From NCBI RefSeq assembly GCF_009914755.1, contig NC_060935.1: 64,000 bases of DNA. One strand, 5' to 3'. A program made the translations under genes and the position numbers. Each line of letters opens with the position of its first letter. The stretch's first letter is position 1. Below, in pieces: positions 54,586-64,000 of this stretch. The notes under the pieces were generated by a model. The model searched no databases. It saw nothing but the letters and a program-made list of their open reading frames with translations, and had not been told where the DNA came from. Source of the DNA: the human T2T-CHM13v2.0 reference genome, Homo sapiens.

Positions 54586-55302
54586 GAACCTAACAGCTTG
54601 CTTGTTTTATCTACGGCCTACATTTTGAGTGTCTGCCGCTGATGTCAGACTGCTCCTTTTTCTTACAAACCTCCTCCCTTGGAAGGAGAGTCAGGTCCCG
54701 GTCCTCCCCCCGACCAGCAGGCTCCTGTTCTCCCATCCTCCCTCCTCTTGCGTGAATGGCCCCAATTCCTCACATTCGCAGTCTCCAGAAGTGCTCAGTT
54801 TCTTTACACTGTAATCCCTTCAGGCCAAACGCCCTGACCTCCTTAAATCCTTCTTTTCTCTTCTCTCCTGGGACTGCTGGGGCCTCCTGGCGACAGCCAT
54901 GCTGCCGCTGTGGCCTCTCTCTCGGCATCAGGAGACACCTTTCCTCAGCCTTCAGTTTCTCCACACCTGACCTAATGTGGCCCTGCGTGAGCAGAGAGGC
55001 GAGGGGTGGGCAGGGTAAGGAAGATGATATGGGGGGATCGTTTTTGGGAAAGCGTTTGAAGGGGATGAAGTCACCCAGGTGCTGTTCCCAGTTCTGCCCC
55101 ACCTTGCTGTGTGACCATGAATGAGCCACCTTCCCTCTCTGCTCTATGTCTTGGTCACAGAATAAGGAAATGGGAAGAAAGGATCACTCAGATGGCTTCT
55201 CTCCACAAGATTGAGGCTCTTCTATCTTACGTTTTCCAACTTCCCCTCCCTCCCAACCCACAAATGCCACAGGACACATCCCCTTGCCACCATCGTGACT
55301 AT

Positions 55303-55391
55303 GTAGGATGACAAGCTCATCCCAGTTTGCCCAGGACCTTCCCAGTTTCAGCACTGAAAGTCCTAGGCACACCAGGTCAGGCGGTCCCCCA
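55303..55391. mobile_element. MER81-like MITE
   Basis: taggatgacaagctcatcccagtttgcccaggaccttcccagtttcagcactgaaagtcc. Confidence 0.6.
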
Positions 55392-57319
55392 TGCCTATAC
55401 CACCAGCTCTGAGGGCACAGACTGGCCTTGCTCACAGCCTCCTGCCCACTGCCTCACACCATGATGCAAGCAGCAGGTCTTCCATTGGTGTTTGTTGAAT
55501 AAATTCCCTTTCAGTTTCCACAAAACACACGTTCATGCCACATCATGACACGGTCTGTAGTTCGTATCTTCACCTCAACACTGAAGCAGAATGTACATTG
55601 CTGAAGGGCAGGGGCAAAAAGAGGGAAGAAGAGCATATCAAGCAAGACATCTACATCCTTCCTGGTCATGCCATCCTCATCACTGCAGACACTGAACTCA
55701 GGACAGAGGGCTTTGTGCTGTAGTCCAAGTCACCTTGAAAAGAACACGCCTCCAAGAGCTGCGTGGGAGAGGACTGCTCTGGACCCAAGCCCAGAGCTTT
55801 TGCTGCAGAGTCCAGCCACTTTCTCGGCCTGGCAACCCAGCACTGACCCAGTGGCCTTTGCTCCCAAATCTGTACTGCTAAGATGCCCTCCCAGAGCACC
55901 TGGATTTTCCAGAATTGGGCCACCCACACACTCTGCTCCAGTCCTGCCGCAGCCGGGACCCTGCCTACTCGCCCAGAGCCTCCCTCCCCTCTGCCCTGAT
56001 GTCTGCCTCTGCACTTGCCTCTCTGCTCACCTCTGCAGAGAAGGGCTGAGGACACAGAGCTCTGGGAGTCACACTCTGGGACCAGCCCTTCCGTGTTTAA
56101 GCTCCTCGAGAACTCACAACTGCACGAGACCGAGCCCATGCTCATTTTGAGAACAGGCATATTCTCCTGTAAAATTAAGCCATAAAAACCTCCCTTTTTA
56201 CTTTTATTCTTGTTGAAAGCTGAGCCATTTTCCACTAGAGATAAAAAAAACAAGGCATTTCTGAGAGGGGAGGGATATGGTTGTCTAATAAGCCGGAATT
56301 GATGGTCATGACAGACTCCATTCTATTGAGCTCTGCACACAGAAGGAGATGCAGGGATGGGGAGCAACAACTTAGGGGGCTTCTCTGCAGAGATCCCCCA
56401 GGACTGTTTGGAGATATGTATGAGGCAAATTTACAACAAGGGCTTCAGTGCTGTACGATCATGTGAGAGGCGGGGAAGCAGTGGAGGAATAAGTGAGGTA
56501 AAGCCCAGTTCTCGGCCACCAGATAAGACCCGGGGCGGTGGCCAAACCTCATGCGCTATAGCCAGACACCTCCGTCTTGGACTGGCAGACCCTCCCCTCT
56601 TTGACCTCAGCAAGTCTGCAAGGTCCTAGTCTATCAGAGTGAATTGTTCATAGAAGCTGCTTGACCTGGGGGTGGGGGGTGGGAAGAGTAAGCAGGCCCC
56701 TTCTAGAATGAAGATCAAAGTAGACTGTGAATTGGGGTCTGTCTGCCAAGACACACTAGGAACAGCATCCAGCTATGCCAGGGTTCTGGGAGTGGAGGTG
56801 GGGCCCACCTGACAAAGCAAGTGAGACGGTGGCACTCCAGGCAACCACTCCCCTCAGGGGATCTTCCTGGTCCTGCTTTCTCCCCAGGCTTTTCCTGGAG
56901 AGTCCCTCCTCTCTCGGCTGTAGTCAGCATACAAGGGTTCAGGCTCACTAACCCCCTGGGACATACACCCAGGGAGAGGGTCTGGCCCCAGGATCGGCAC
57001 TGTCTTCTTGGCCCTCAAGGCCACCATGGCCTCACTCCAGCCTCTGTCTCCTACCTGTATGCATGGGACTAGCTTGATTATCCTCTGGCCTTACTCAGAT
57101 ACATCTAGCTTCTTCCAGATCTTTCCAGATTAGATTCCCAGGCCTGTCAGCTCCCAGATTGCAGGACATAATAAAACCAGAGGATGAAGGCAGTATGGAG
57201 GTTCCCATTGGCCAAGAGAACAATCAAGACTGTCCCTCCTTCTGGCTGGTATCTGTATCCCCATAGCCTCTGGGGCTAAGAGACTGCAGGGTGTTTGCTG
57301 CCCCACGCGGAATACTCAG

Positions 57320-57550
57320 AAATAATACTAAAAACTTCCATTTACTGTTTACCATATGCCAGAAACCATGCTGAAACTTGTTTAGATGTTTTTACTATTT
57401 TCCCCATTTTATTCCTTTCTACAATTCCGTACGGTAAACAGCATTATTATCCCCCATTTAACAGTTGAGGGAAATAGAGTCGAGATGGTAAGTTATCTTC
57501 CAGGGTTTAAACCTGGGCTCATTTGATTCCAAAGCTTGTCTTCATAACCC
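57320..57550 (-). mobile_element. MIR
   Basis: cattattatcccccatttaacagttgagggaaatagag...gggtttaaacctgg...ttgattccaaagc. Confidence 0.6.
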
Positions 57551-58439
57551 TGCTGAATGATGGTTTCTATATCTTCCTTTCCATACCCACCCAGAAGTGC
57601 TGACAGTGAGACAGTGGTGTTGTGTCATTGGCAACCCAGAGACCTTGAGCGAGGGGCGAAATGAAGGAGTTGTTCCCAGGCTGCCAAATCTGCATGAAGA
57701 ATGAAGAGGCTGTATTCTGTCTAGCAGGACAACATGGACAATACGATCAACACTACTGAGTCTTTGAAGCCCAACATGGTCTTCCTGTGACACTCCTGCC
57801 TCTGGGATGTACAATCCCGGTGACTCCTTGCACCGAGGCTGCTGTGTCTTCTGTTGTGTGGCATCTCCATTTGACTCACAATTAACAGGACCAGTGACTG
57901 ATTTCCTGAGCCCCAAATAGCCATCAAAGAGCTAGCTGCAGGCCTATGAGGCAGCCTAGCACAGAAGCTCTGCGTAGCTGGATCTAGTAATTTTAAAGAA
58001 TGACCAGTGGCCCTGTCCAGCCACTGGACAATGGAGGGGTTGAATGTAGGAGATCCTAAGAAGATGATAAGTGAGGCGCAGGGGAGCAGAAATGATGAAT
58101 AGGAAGAAGGGCGTTGTCAGTGAGTGAACTGTAGACGTGGACATGAAGTCACTGTTAGAAACACAGCAGAAGTGGGGCAAAGAGGATGGCAGGCTGGAGC
58201 TGTCCAGGATGTCTTGAACCACGCTGCCTCCTCCAGAGCCTGCCTGTGTGGCTTCTCATTGTGTGATTGTGGGCCTTCATCAGCCTTCAAAAAATCCCAA
58301 CCACCTGTGGTCACCTGCATAGGTTTGGTTCCTTGCTCCCTGAGAACACGTACATAACCCAGTAGAGAAAGACCAATTCCCTTCCTGGGCTGGAGTCCAG
58401 TCCCCTGTGAGACTCTCACAGATTCTGCTTTTCTTTCAT

Positions 58440-58645
58440 GCCATGTACATGCTATTGCAACATGTTTTTATATGTGATCATTTAACAAACGTCAGTGTCT
58501 CCACTAGACTATAAGCTGTACAAGGTTAGGGCCGTGTCTGCTTTGCTCATCAGGTATCCCTAATACTGGGTATGAAGTTCAGCACGGAGTAGAAATTCAG
58601 AATGCACCTGGTGATGGGCTGAGTGAACACATGAATAAATGAACA
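58440..58645 (+). mobile_element. L2 3' end
   Basis: ccactagactataagctgtacaagg...tgtctgctttgctca...atgaataaatgaa. Confidence 0.6.
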
Positions 58646-59699
58646 GCAGAAAGAATTCAGGTCCATAAGGGCTCTGTGGATGGGAATTCTACCATGACCT
58701 GATGGGAATGGAATCACTGAGTTGTACATTTACTCCCTGCCTGACTGCAGCAATAAGACTAGATCATCCCACAAGCCAAAGGGGTGAAGAACAGGATGAT
58801 GGAGGCAGGGTGGGGATACTAAGTATATCCAGGACTTCAGAGATTTGGCAAGACACTACATCTGTCCCAGATATGGAAGAGACAATGGACATCTGCGAAC
58901 TGGGAGTTCTGCAATGCAGGAGAAATCGGCCAGACCTGCATCTAAGAGCAGAATTTGGTGCAAGAATTGCTGATGAGTAAACTGCTAAGTATATGTGATC
59001 ATCAAAACATCCAACTTTCATCCAGAGGCAGAAGTTCAACCATCATCCTTTCAGGTGAATTTATCAATTTAGAGAAAGGCTCTGCTATGTAAAATGTAGA
59101 CGGAAAATAGGAAATCAGGAAAGAGAATCATTTACAACGTAAGCAACCAACAGGAAGCAGGGATACCATTTGTCCCTAAGACATCTTAGAAATCTGGGGA
59201 ATGTGGGATCCCTGGGCTGAATGAACAGCCACCCAGGGAACAAAAGCCAGCTGGCTCTGATGGAAAAGCCACGTTAGGGACACTCTGTGTGGTGGGTTTG
59301 TCAGTGAGCAGGCCAGGCCCATAGCACCTACAGCTGAGGAAGGTGGGGCAGGGCAGATCTGCTGGGGCCGGGAAAGGCAGGTCCTGATAGATCCGCAGGG
59401 CAAGGGAAGGCGGATTCTAAGGAAGAATGGGGCAACTTTGCTCTCTAGCAAAGCCTGGCTCAGGGCTCGGCCTCTGACGCCCAGAATTCTGGGGCTGGAG
59501 AGAAATTACTCCCCCAGGGACTTCTGTGTAACCTGTCCTGCAGTGCCTGTCTGGCCCTGCTCTCATCTACTGCCAGGGCAGTGCCCTGTCCCATGTGCTC
59601 CTTGTCCACATAGCAGTCCTTCAGGTTGTTAAACTCATGAACATGTTCCCCCAAGTCTTCTTTTTTACAAATCAGAGACCCAGACAATAAAAGTGACTA

Positions 59700-59900
59700 A
59701 AAGTTAAATAGCAGTTCCTATGTGTCAGGCAGTGGCCCATGAGCTCTACAAACATTACACAAACTTTGCAGTACCATCCCTAATTTACAGATAGGAAAAC
59801 CAAGGCACAGAGAGGCCAAGCAACTTGTTGGCGGTCACCCAGCTTATAAATGAGAGACCTGGCCTCGGAAAGTGGGGAACCAGGTTTTAACTACTACTCT
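59700..59900 (-). mobile_element. MIR
   Basis: atttacagataggaaaaccaaggcacagagagg...ggtcacccagct. Confidence 0.65.
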
Positions 59901-60399
59901 ATAATCTAAACAGAAATTTCACCTGTTTGTCATACTACCGAATTTCTCTTCTGGGTTGTCCTCCTGTAAATACTTCACTTTCTCAACATCTCTTAAAACC
60001 CAATTCTGCAGTTGTGATCTGAGCAGCAGAGTAGAACAAAGCTATCACCTCCCTCTTTTAAAACATTATACTTCTATTAATATAGCTCAAGATTACATTT
60101 CAAGAATAACATTATACTCTTGGCCCACAACGAAATTAATATTAACCAGAACCAGAGGTATTTTCCCAAAGTACTTTAGTTAAAGAGTAATTCCCCTTTG
60201 TTTGTACAGTTAGTGTGTTCAATTCAATGGCAAAATCATGATTAAGAATGTTTATTTTAACCCTTTGTCCTTAAGTTGCCTTCATGGAGAACACATTGTC
60301 CATAGACCTCTGGGTCTCCTCCACAGAGGCAAGATCCCAAACTAGGAAAGTTCACCTGGGCAGGGCTGGGCAGGGCAAGCTGATAAAATAGTGTCCTGG

Positions 60400-60605
60400 A
60401 ATCATAAGACCCCAGTAAAAATACCGGCTCGGCCACATAGCGCCTGTGGGAATTTGAACAAATTTCCTAACCTTGTGAATGTTCGGTATTCCCCTTTATA
60501 AAATGGGAATAATAATAACAACCCCAGAGCCACATGAGGATAAAATTAAATAGGAAAGTGTATGTTAAGCATTTGTACAGAACCTGGCACACAGTAAGCG
60601 AGCAG
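60400..60605 (+). mobile_element. MIR
   Basis: tataaaatgggaataataata...tgaggataaaattaaa...acctggcacacagtaagcg. Confidence 0.7.
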
Positions 60606-60703
60606 GTGACGGCTCGTGAATCTTTCGCTCATGGTTAGCAACTCTGGGATGGTCCAGCAGTCATGGCCTACCTGCTCCTGCTGGAGCCATCTCCCTCCTC
60701 CTC

Positions 60704-60860
60704 CAGGGCCAGCTACAGAATTTGTGGGGCCCAGTGCAAAAGGAAAATGCAGTGCCCTGTTTAAAAATTATTGTTATGAACTTTAGTATAGTGACAGCAG
60801 AGCCTTAAACCAATCACAGAGCCTTTCTTCTTCCAGGATCCTGTGCAACAGGCTGTACAC
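60704..60860 (-). mobile_element. MER45A-like hAT-Tip100 element, interrupted by MLT1D (remaining terminus at about 61365-61385)
   Basis: cagggccagctacagaatttgtggggcccagtgcaaaaggaaaatgc...gacagcagagccttaaaccaa...cctgtgc; after the LTR, cccatgaaaccaggaccc resembles the other terminus (cccatgaagccggccctg). Confidence 0.75.
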
Positions 60861-61368
60861 TGTCTTGTTTTCCTAATACTAATATTGTCACTGTAACAAA
60901 TTATTACAAACTTGGTGGCTTACAACAACACAAATTTATCATCTCATCATGCTGGAGGTCAGAAGTCCAACACAGTTCTCGCTGGGCTGGAATCGGGGTG
61001 TGCAGCACTGCATTACTTTCTCAGGAAGACCTATTTTCTTGCTTTTTCCAGCAACTTGAGGCTGCTCACGTTCCTTCCCTCATAACTGTCTCCTATCTTC
61101 AAAGCCATCAGTGGCCGATGAAGTCTTTCTCACATTGTCATCTCTCAGGTTGATCTTTTGCCTCCCTCTTCCACTTTTAAGTGCCCTTGGGGTTAGATTG
61201 GGCCCAGCCAATGAATCCAGGAAAACTTCCTTAGTTTAAAGCCATCTGATCAGCAATCTTCGTTCCATCGGCAACCATAGATCCCCCTTGCTATGTAACA
61301 TTACATACTCATAGGTATGGGGGATTAGGATGTGGACCTCTTTGGGAGGCCATTATTCTGTCTACCCA
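60861..61368 (-). mobile_element. MLT1D-like LTR
   Basis: tgtaacaaattattacaaacttggtggcttacaacaacacaaatttat...ggaggtcagaagtcc...ggggattaggatgtggacctctttgggaggccattattctgtctac. Confidence 0.85.
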
Positions 61369-62289
61369 TGAAACCAGGACCCCCAAAGTTCAAAGATGCC
61401 AGATGTCTCTCTAGAGTCTGGACTGTTAAAACAATCTTGCCCACCGAACACTCAGAGCCCCATGAAATGGTCCCTAACCTGCTCCCAGGAAGACCAGTGC
61501 CCCTGGCTCTGGGCTATATTCTTCCTTTGCTACTATCCTGTCCTGCTTCTTATCACTTTGGTGCTCACAAAGGATTACCTCCAGCTCCAGACCCAGGGCT
61601 CTGTTGTGAGCCTGTGTGTGGATCTGTCCCAATTATTCCCACCTAGGGCTGCAGAACATATTCTGACCACCTTTGCCAACGCCTCCTGTCCTAGCCCCAC
61701 GCCCTAACCCACCTGTCAAACCCAAGAGCCAGTCCATCCTAACCCCTGGGAGGGAGGGACATGGGCCTCAGGGGACACTGGTGAGAAGGGCAAAGTCATT
61801 ACTGATAAGGCTCAGGAGCCTCTGAAGATCTGCTGGCAAGAGGCAGGAGGCAGTGCGTGCCAGAGGCTCTGCCTTGAGCTGCCTTGGAGGGAGGCCATAG
61901 AGTTGCCATGGAAACACAACCCTGGAGCTTGAGACCAGAGCCCCCACTTCTATCCACACCCACGATCCCTTAGACTTTCCTGTGCCCCTTGTTTGGAAAC
62001 AGCCACTTCTTGCAGAAAAGAATGTGACATGAGTCTGAGGCCGAAGCCGCAGAACTGGAGAGCACACATGTTCCACCTGCCTGGCCCGGCTGGGGTGAGA
62101 AGCCCACCTTCCCAAATCACCTCACACTGGCTAGCTCACTTCAACCCTGCGCCGTCCTCCTTCTCCACAACTCACACCCATCTTTTCAGTGACCTCCCAA
62201 AAGATGTCCCCTCCTCCTACCTCTCCACCCCTTGGGCAAAGGACTTCTTCAGTCGCTTTCTCACATCTCCATTTTTCAAAAAGAAATGA

Positions 62290-62392
62290 TGTTTCACTTA
62301 CACACAGTAAAATGCACAGAGCTTCAGTGTATAGTTCAATGAGTTTTGGCATGTGTACGCCTCTGTAGTCCACACCCCAATTGAGACTTGAT
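62290..62392 (-). mobile_element. Old L1 (L1MC/L1ME) 3' fragment
   Basis: acacagtaaaatgcacagagcttcagtgtatagttcaatgagttttggca. Confidence 0.6.
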
Positions 62393-62881
62393 GTTTCCTT
62401 TTCCTCTTCTTGCCCCTCCTAGATTATTTTGGAGCCTACCAATAAGGAGAAAGAGGGTGGACACCGAGAGGCAGGAGGAAGCACACAGAGAGAGCCATAG
62501 GACATCTGGAGCCTGCGGCTGGGGCCATGGGGGATGGAGCCGGGTCCAGCCAGGCTGGGATGAAGACTTTCTGCCCTTCAACCCTGAGACTAGGTATCTT
62601 CCCAGACCAGGAAGGAAGCAAGTGAACCCCTGCCCAGTCCTGGCCAAGGCCCCACATGGATGAGGTCCAGGAGGCTTCACCAGAGGAGTCTGAAGTGTCC
62701 TGCCTCCCCCAGTTCTTCCCACCTGGATGGCTGAGGGGTCTGCCCTACTGCTGCTACAAAACTGCAAGGAGGATGAATGGCATTTTGATTTCCCCAGGAG
62801 CCAAGGGGCCTGGATCCTTGAGGAAGTTGGTCCCCTCTTTGTGCAGATGAGGTTGGAAAAACTGGCACACTTCCTATGCCT

Positions 62882-63017
62882 ATTACATATTCATAGGTGT
62901 GGGGGATTAGGATGTGGACATCTTTGGGAGGCCATTATTCTGCCTATCCATGAAGCCAGGACCCCCCAAAGTTCAAAGATCCCAGATGTCTCTCTAGAGT
63001 CTGGACTGTTAAAACAA
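62882..63017 (+). repeat. Second copy of a ~135-bp dispersed direct duplication (first copy 61300-61434)
   Basis: Manual alignment shows about 7 substitutions and 1 indel. Confidence 0.93.
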
Positions 63018-63036
63018 CTCTCCCCAGGGAAGCCGG

Positions 63037-63190
63037 CACAGGGAGGTGCCTTGCAGATGCCACCCTCCAGGCCCCGCCTCCCTGCCACAGAGAGGTGCCT
63101 TGCAGATGCCACCCTCCAGGCCCCGCCTCCCTGCCACAGAGAGGTGCCTTGCAGATGCCACCCTCCAGGCCCTGCCTCCCTGCCACAGAG
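63037..63190. repeat. 49-bp minisatellite, about 3.1 copies
   Basis: Unit GAGGTGCCTTGCAGATGCCACCCTCCAGGCCCCGCCTCCCTGCCACAGA starts at 63043, 63092 and 63141; copy 3 has one C>T. Confidence 0.95.
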
Positions 63191-64000
63191 GCACCAGAGG
63201 GACAGTGCTTCTGTGACCATCACATCCAGGCCACTGCCTTACTAAAAGCCTGCGAGGACAAGTCCTCCCCGCCACGGAGCCTGGGAAATGGTCAGCAGAC
63301 TCGCCCTCCCACCAACCTCTGTCTGGGTTCCCATCTCAGTGTAAACTCCAGGAGATATCCGTCCGACGCTTTGTTGGGTGCCGGGCACATCATGAGTGCT
63401 CAGTAAATGTTGGCTGGATAAAAAAATAAACGAGGCCTAGCAACTGGCTGGACCGATGTTTTTCCTTCTAGTTGTGTCCTGTCTTGTCTATAAGGCACTG
63501 GCACAGCATGGTCCTATCTCAGCCACATGACAAGCTGGGTCAGATTACATCTTTCAGTACCAAGAAAAAAAGGAGACAAAGTAAGTGACTAGCTAGAGGT
63601 GAGAGAAAGGAGGGTGGGCAGGATTCTGAACACTCACTTTCTGATCTAGGAATGAAGCCAAGAATAACATCAGGGTTAGAATTTGGAAGAAAAGAGCCAA
63701 GAATACCAAGAGCAAAGTGTGGAATACAAGCAGCAGGAACAGAAGTCCCGAAGAGCAAACTGGAATTCACAAGAGGCACAGGGGCTCCGGCTATGGCAAG
63801 AGCCACACAGCATGAATCTTCCAGAGACTGCAGTGACTGTGGGCTTCCTCTCCACATGCTGACCCACATCCTCTCAGTCCAAATCCCAACATTAGCCAGA
63901 GCCCAGGCATCATTCTGAGCCTTGGCAACAAGCCTTGGTTTCATGTGCACTAAAACAGTTTTTTCCAACATGTAGATGCCGACCTTCCTCCCTCCAAAAC

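Larger units (their letters stand above)
51700..64000 (-). other. GALNT18: Intron upstream of the exon (>=12.3 kb)
   Basis: Ends in ctgttctttgcag with a candidate branch point CTAAG about 22 nt upstream. No preceding GalNAc-T exon is recognisable in the window. Confidence 0.85.

Noticed and set aside
55666-56253. 195-aa and 160-aa overlapping ORFs
   Set aside because: No family similarity; expected by chance in GC-richer intron.
62727-63406. ORFs with repeated peptides (GGWHLQGTSL, RVASARHL)
   Set aside because: Produced by the 49-bp minisatellite cycling through reading frames.

Overview
This is primate, almost certainly human, genomic DNA lying inside one large minus-strand gene. The only coding sequence I can support is a 167-bp internal exon at 51533-51699 (-). 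It has canonical AG/GT boundaries and encodes [55 protein letters not shown], the start of the GT-A (Glycos_transf_2) domain of a polypeptide GalNAc-transferase. I recognise this as GALNT18 (GALNTL4, chr11p15; exon 3 from memory). The rest is intron: at least 51.5 kb on the gene's downstream side and 12.3 kb on the upstream side. It contains 8 Alu-family SINEs (several with readable target-site duplications), a nested pile-up of MaLR LTRs at 2.6-5.4 kb, further MLT1 solo LTRs, hAT DNA-transposon relics, MIR/L2/L1/CR1 fragments, simple repeats and a 49-bp minisatellite. I found no evidence of a novel multi-gene system, and the other ORFs appear spurious. The most notable local observations are a ~135-bp dispersed duplication spanning an LTR/transposon junction next to a young minisatellite, a tandem array of a palindromic unit, candidate HOX/PBX/MEIS enhancer islands, a candidate poison exon and a degenerate telomere-like hexamer tract. 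Repeat subfamily names come from recalled consensus sequences, and their boundaries are approximate.
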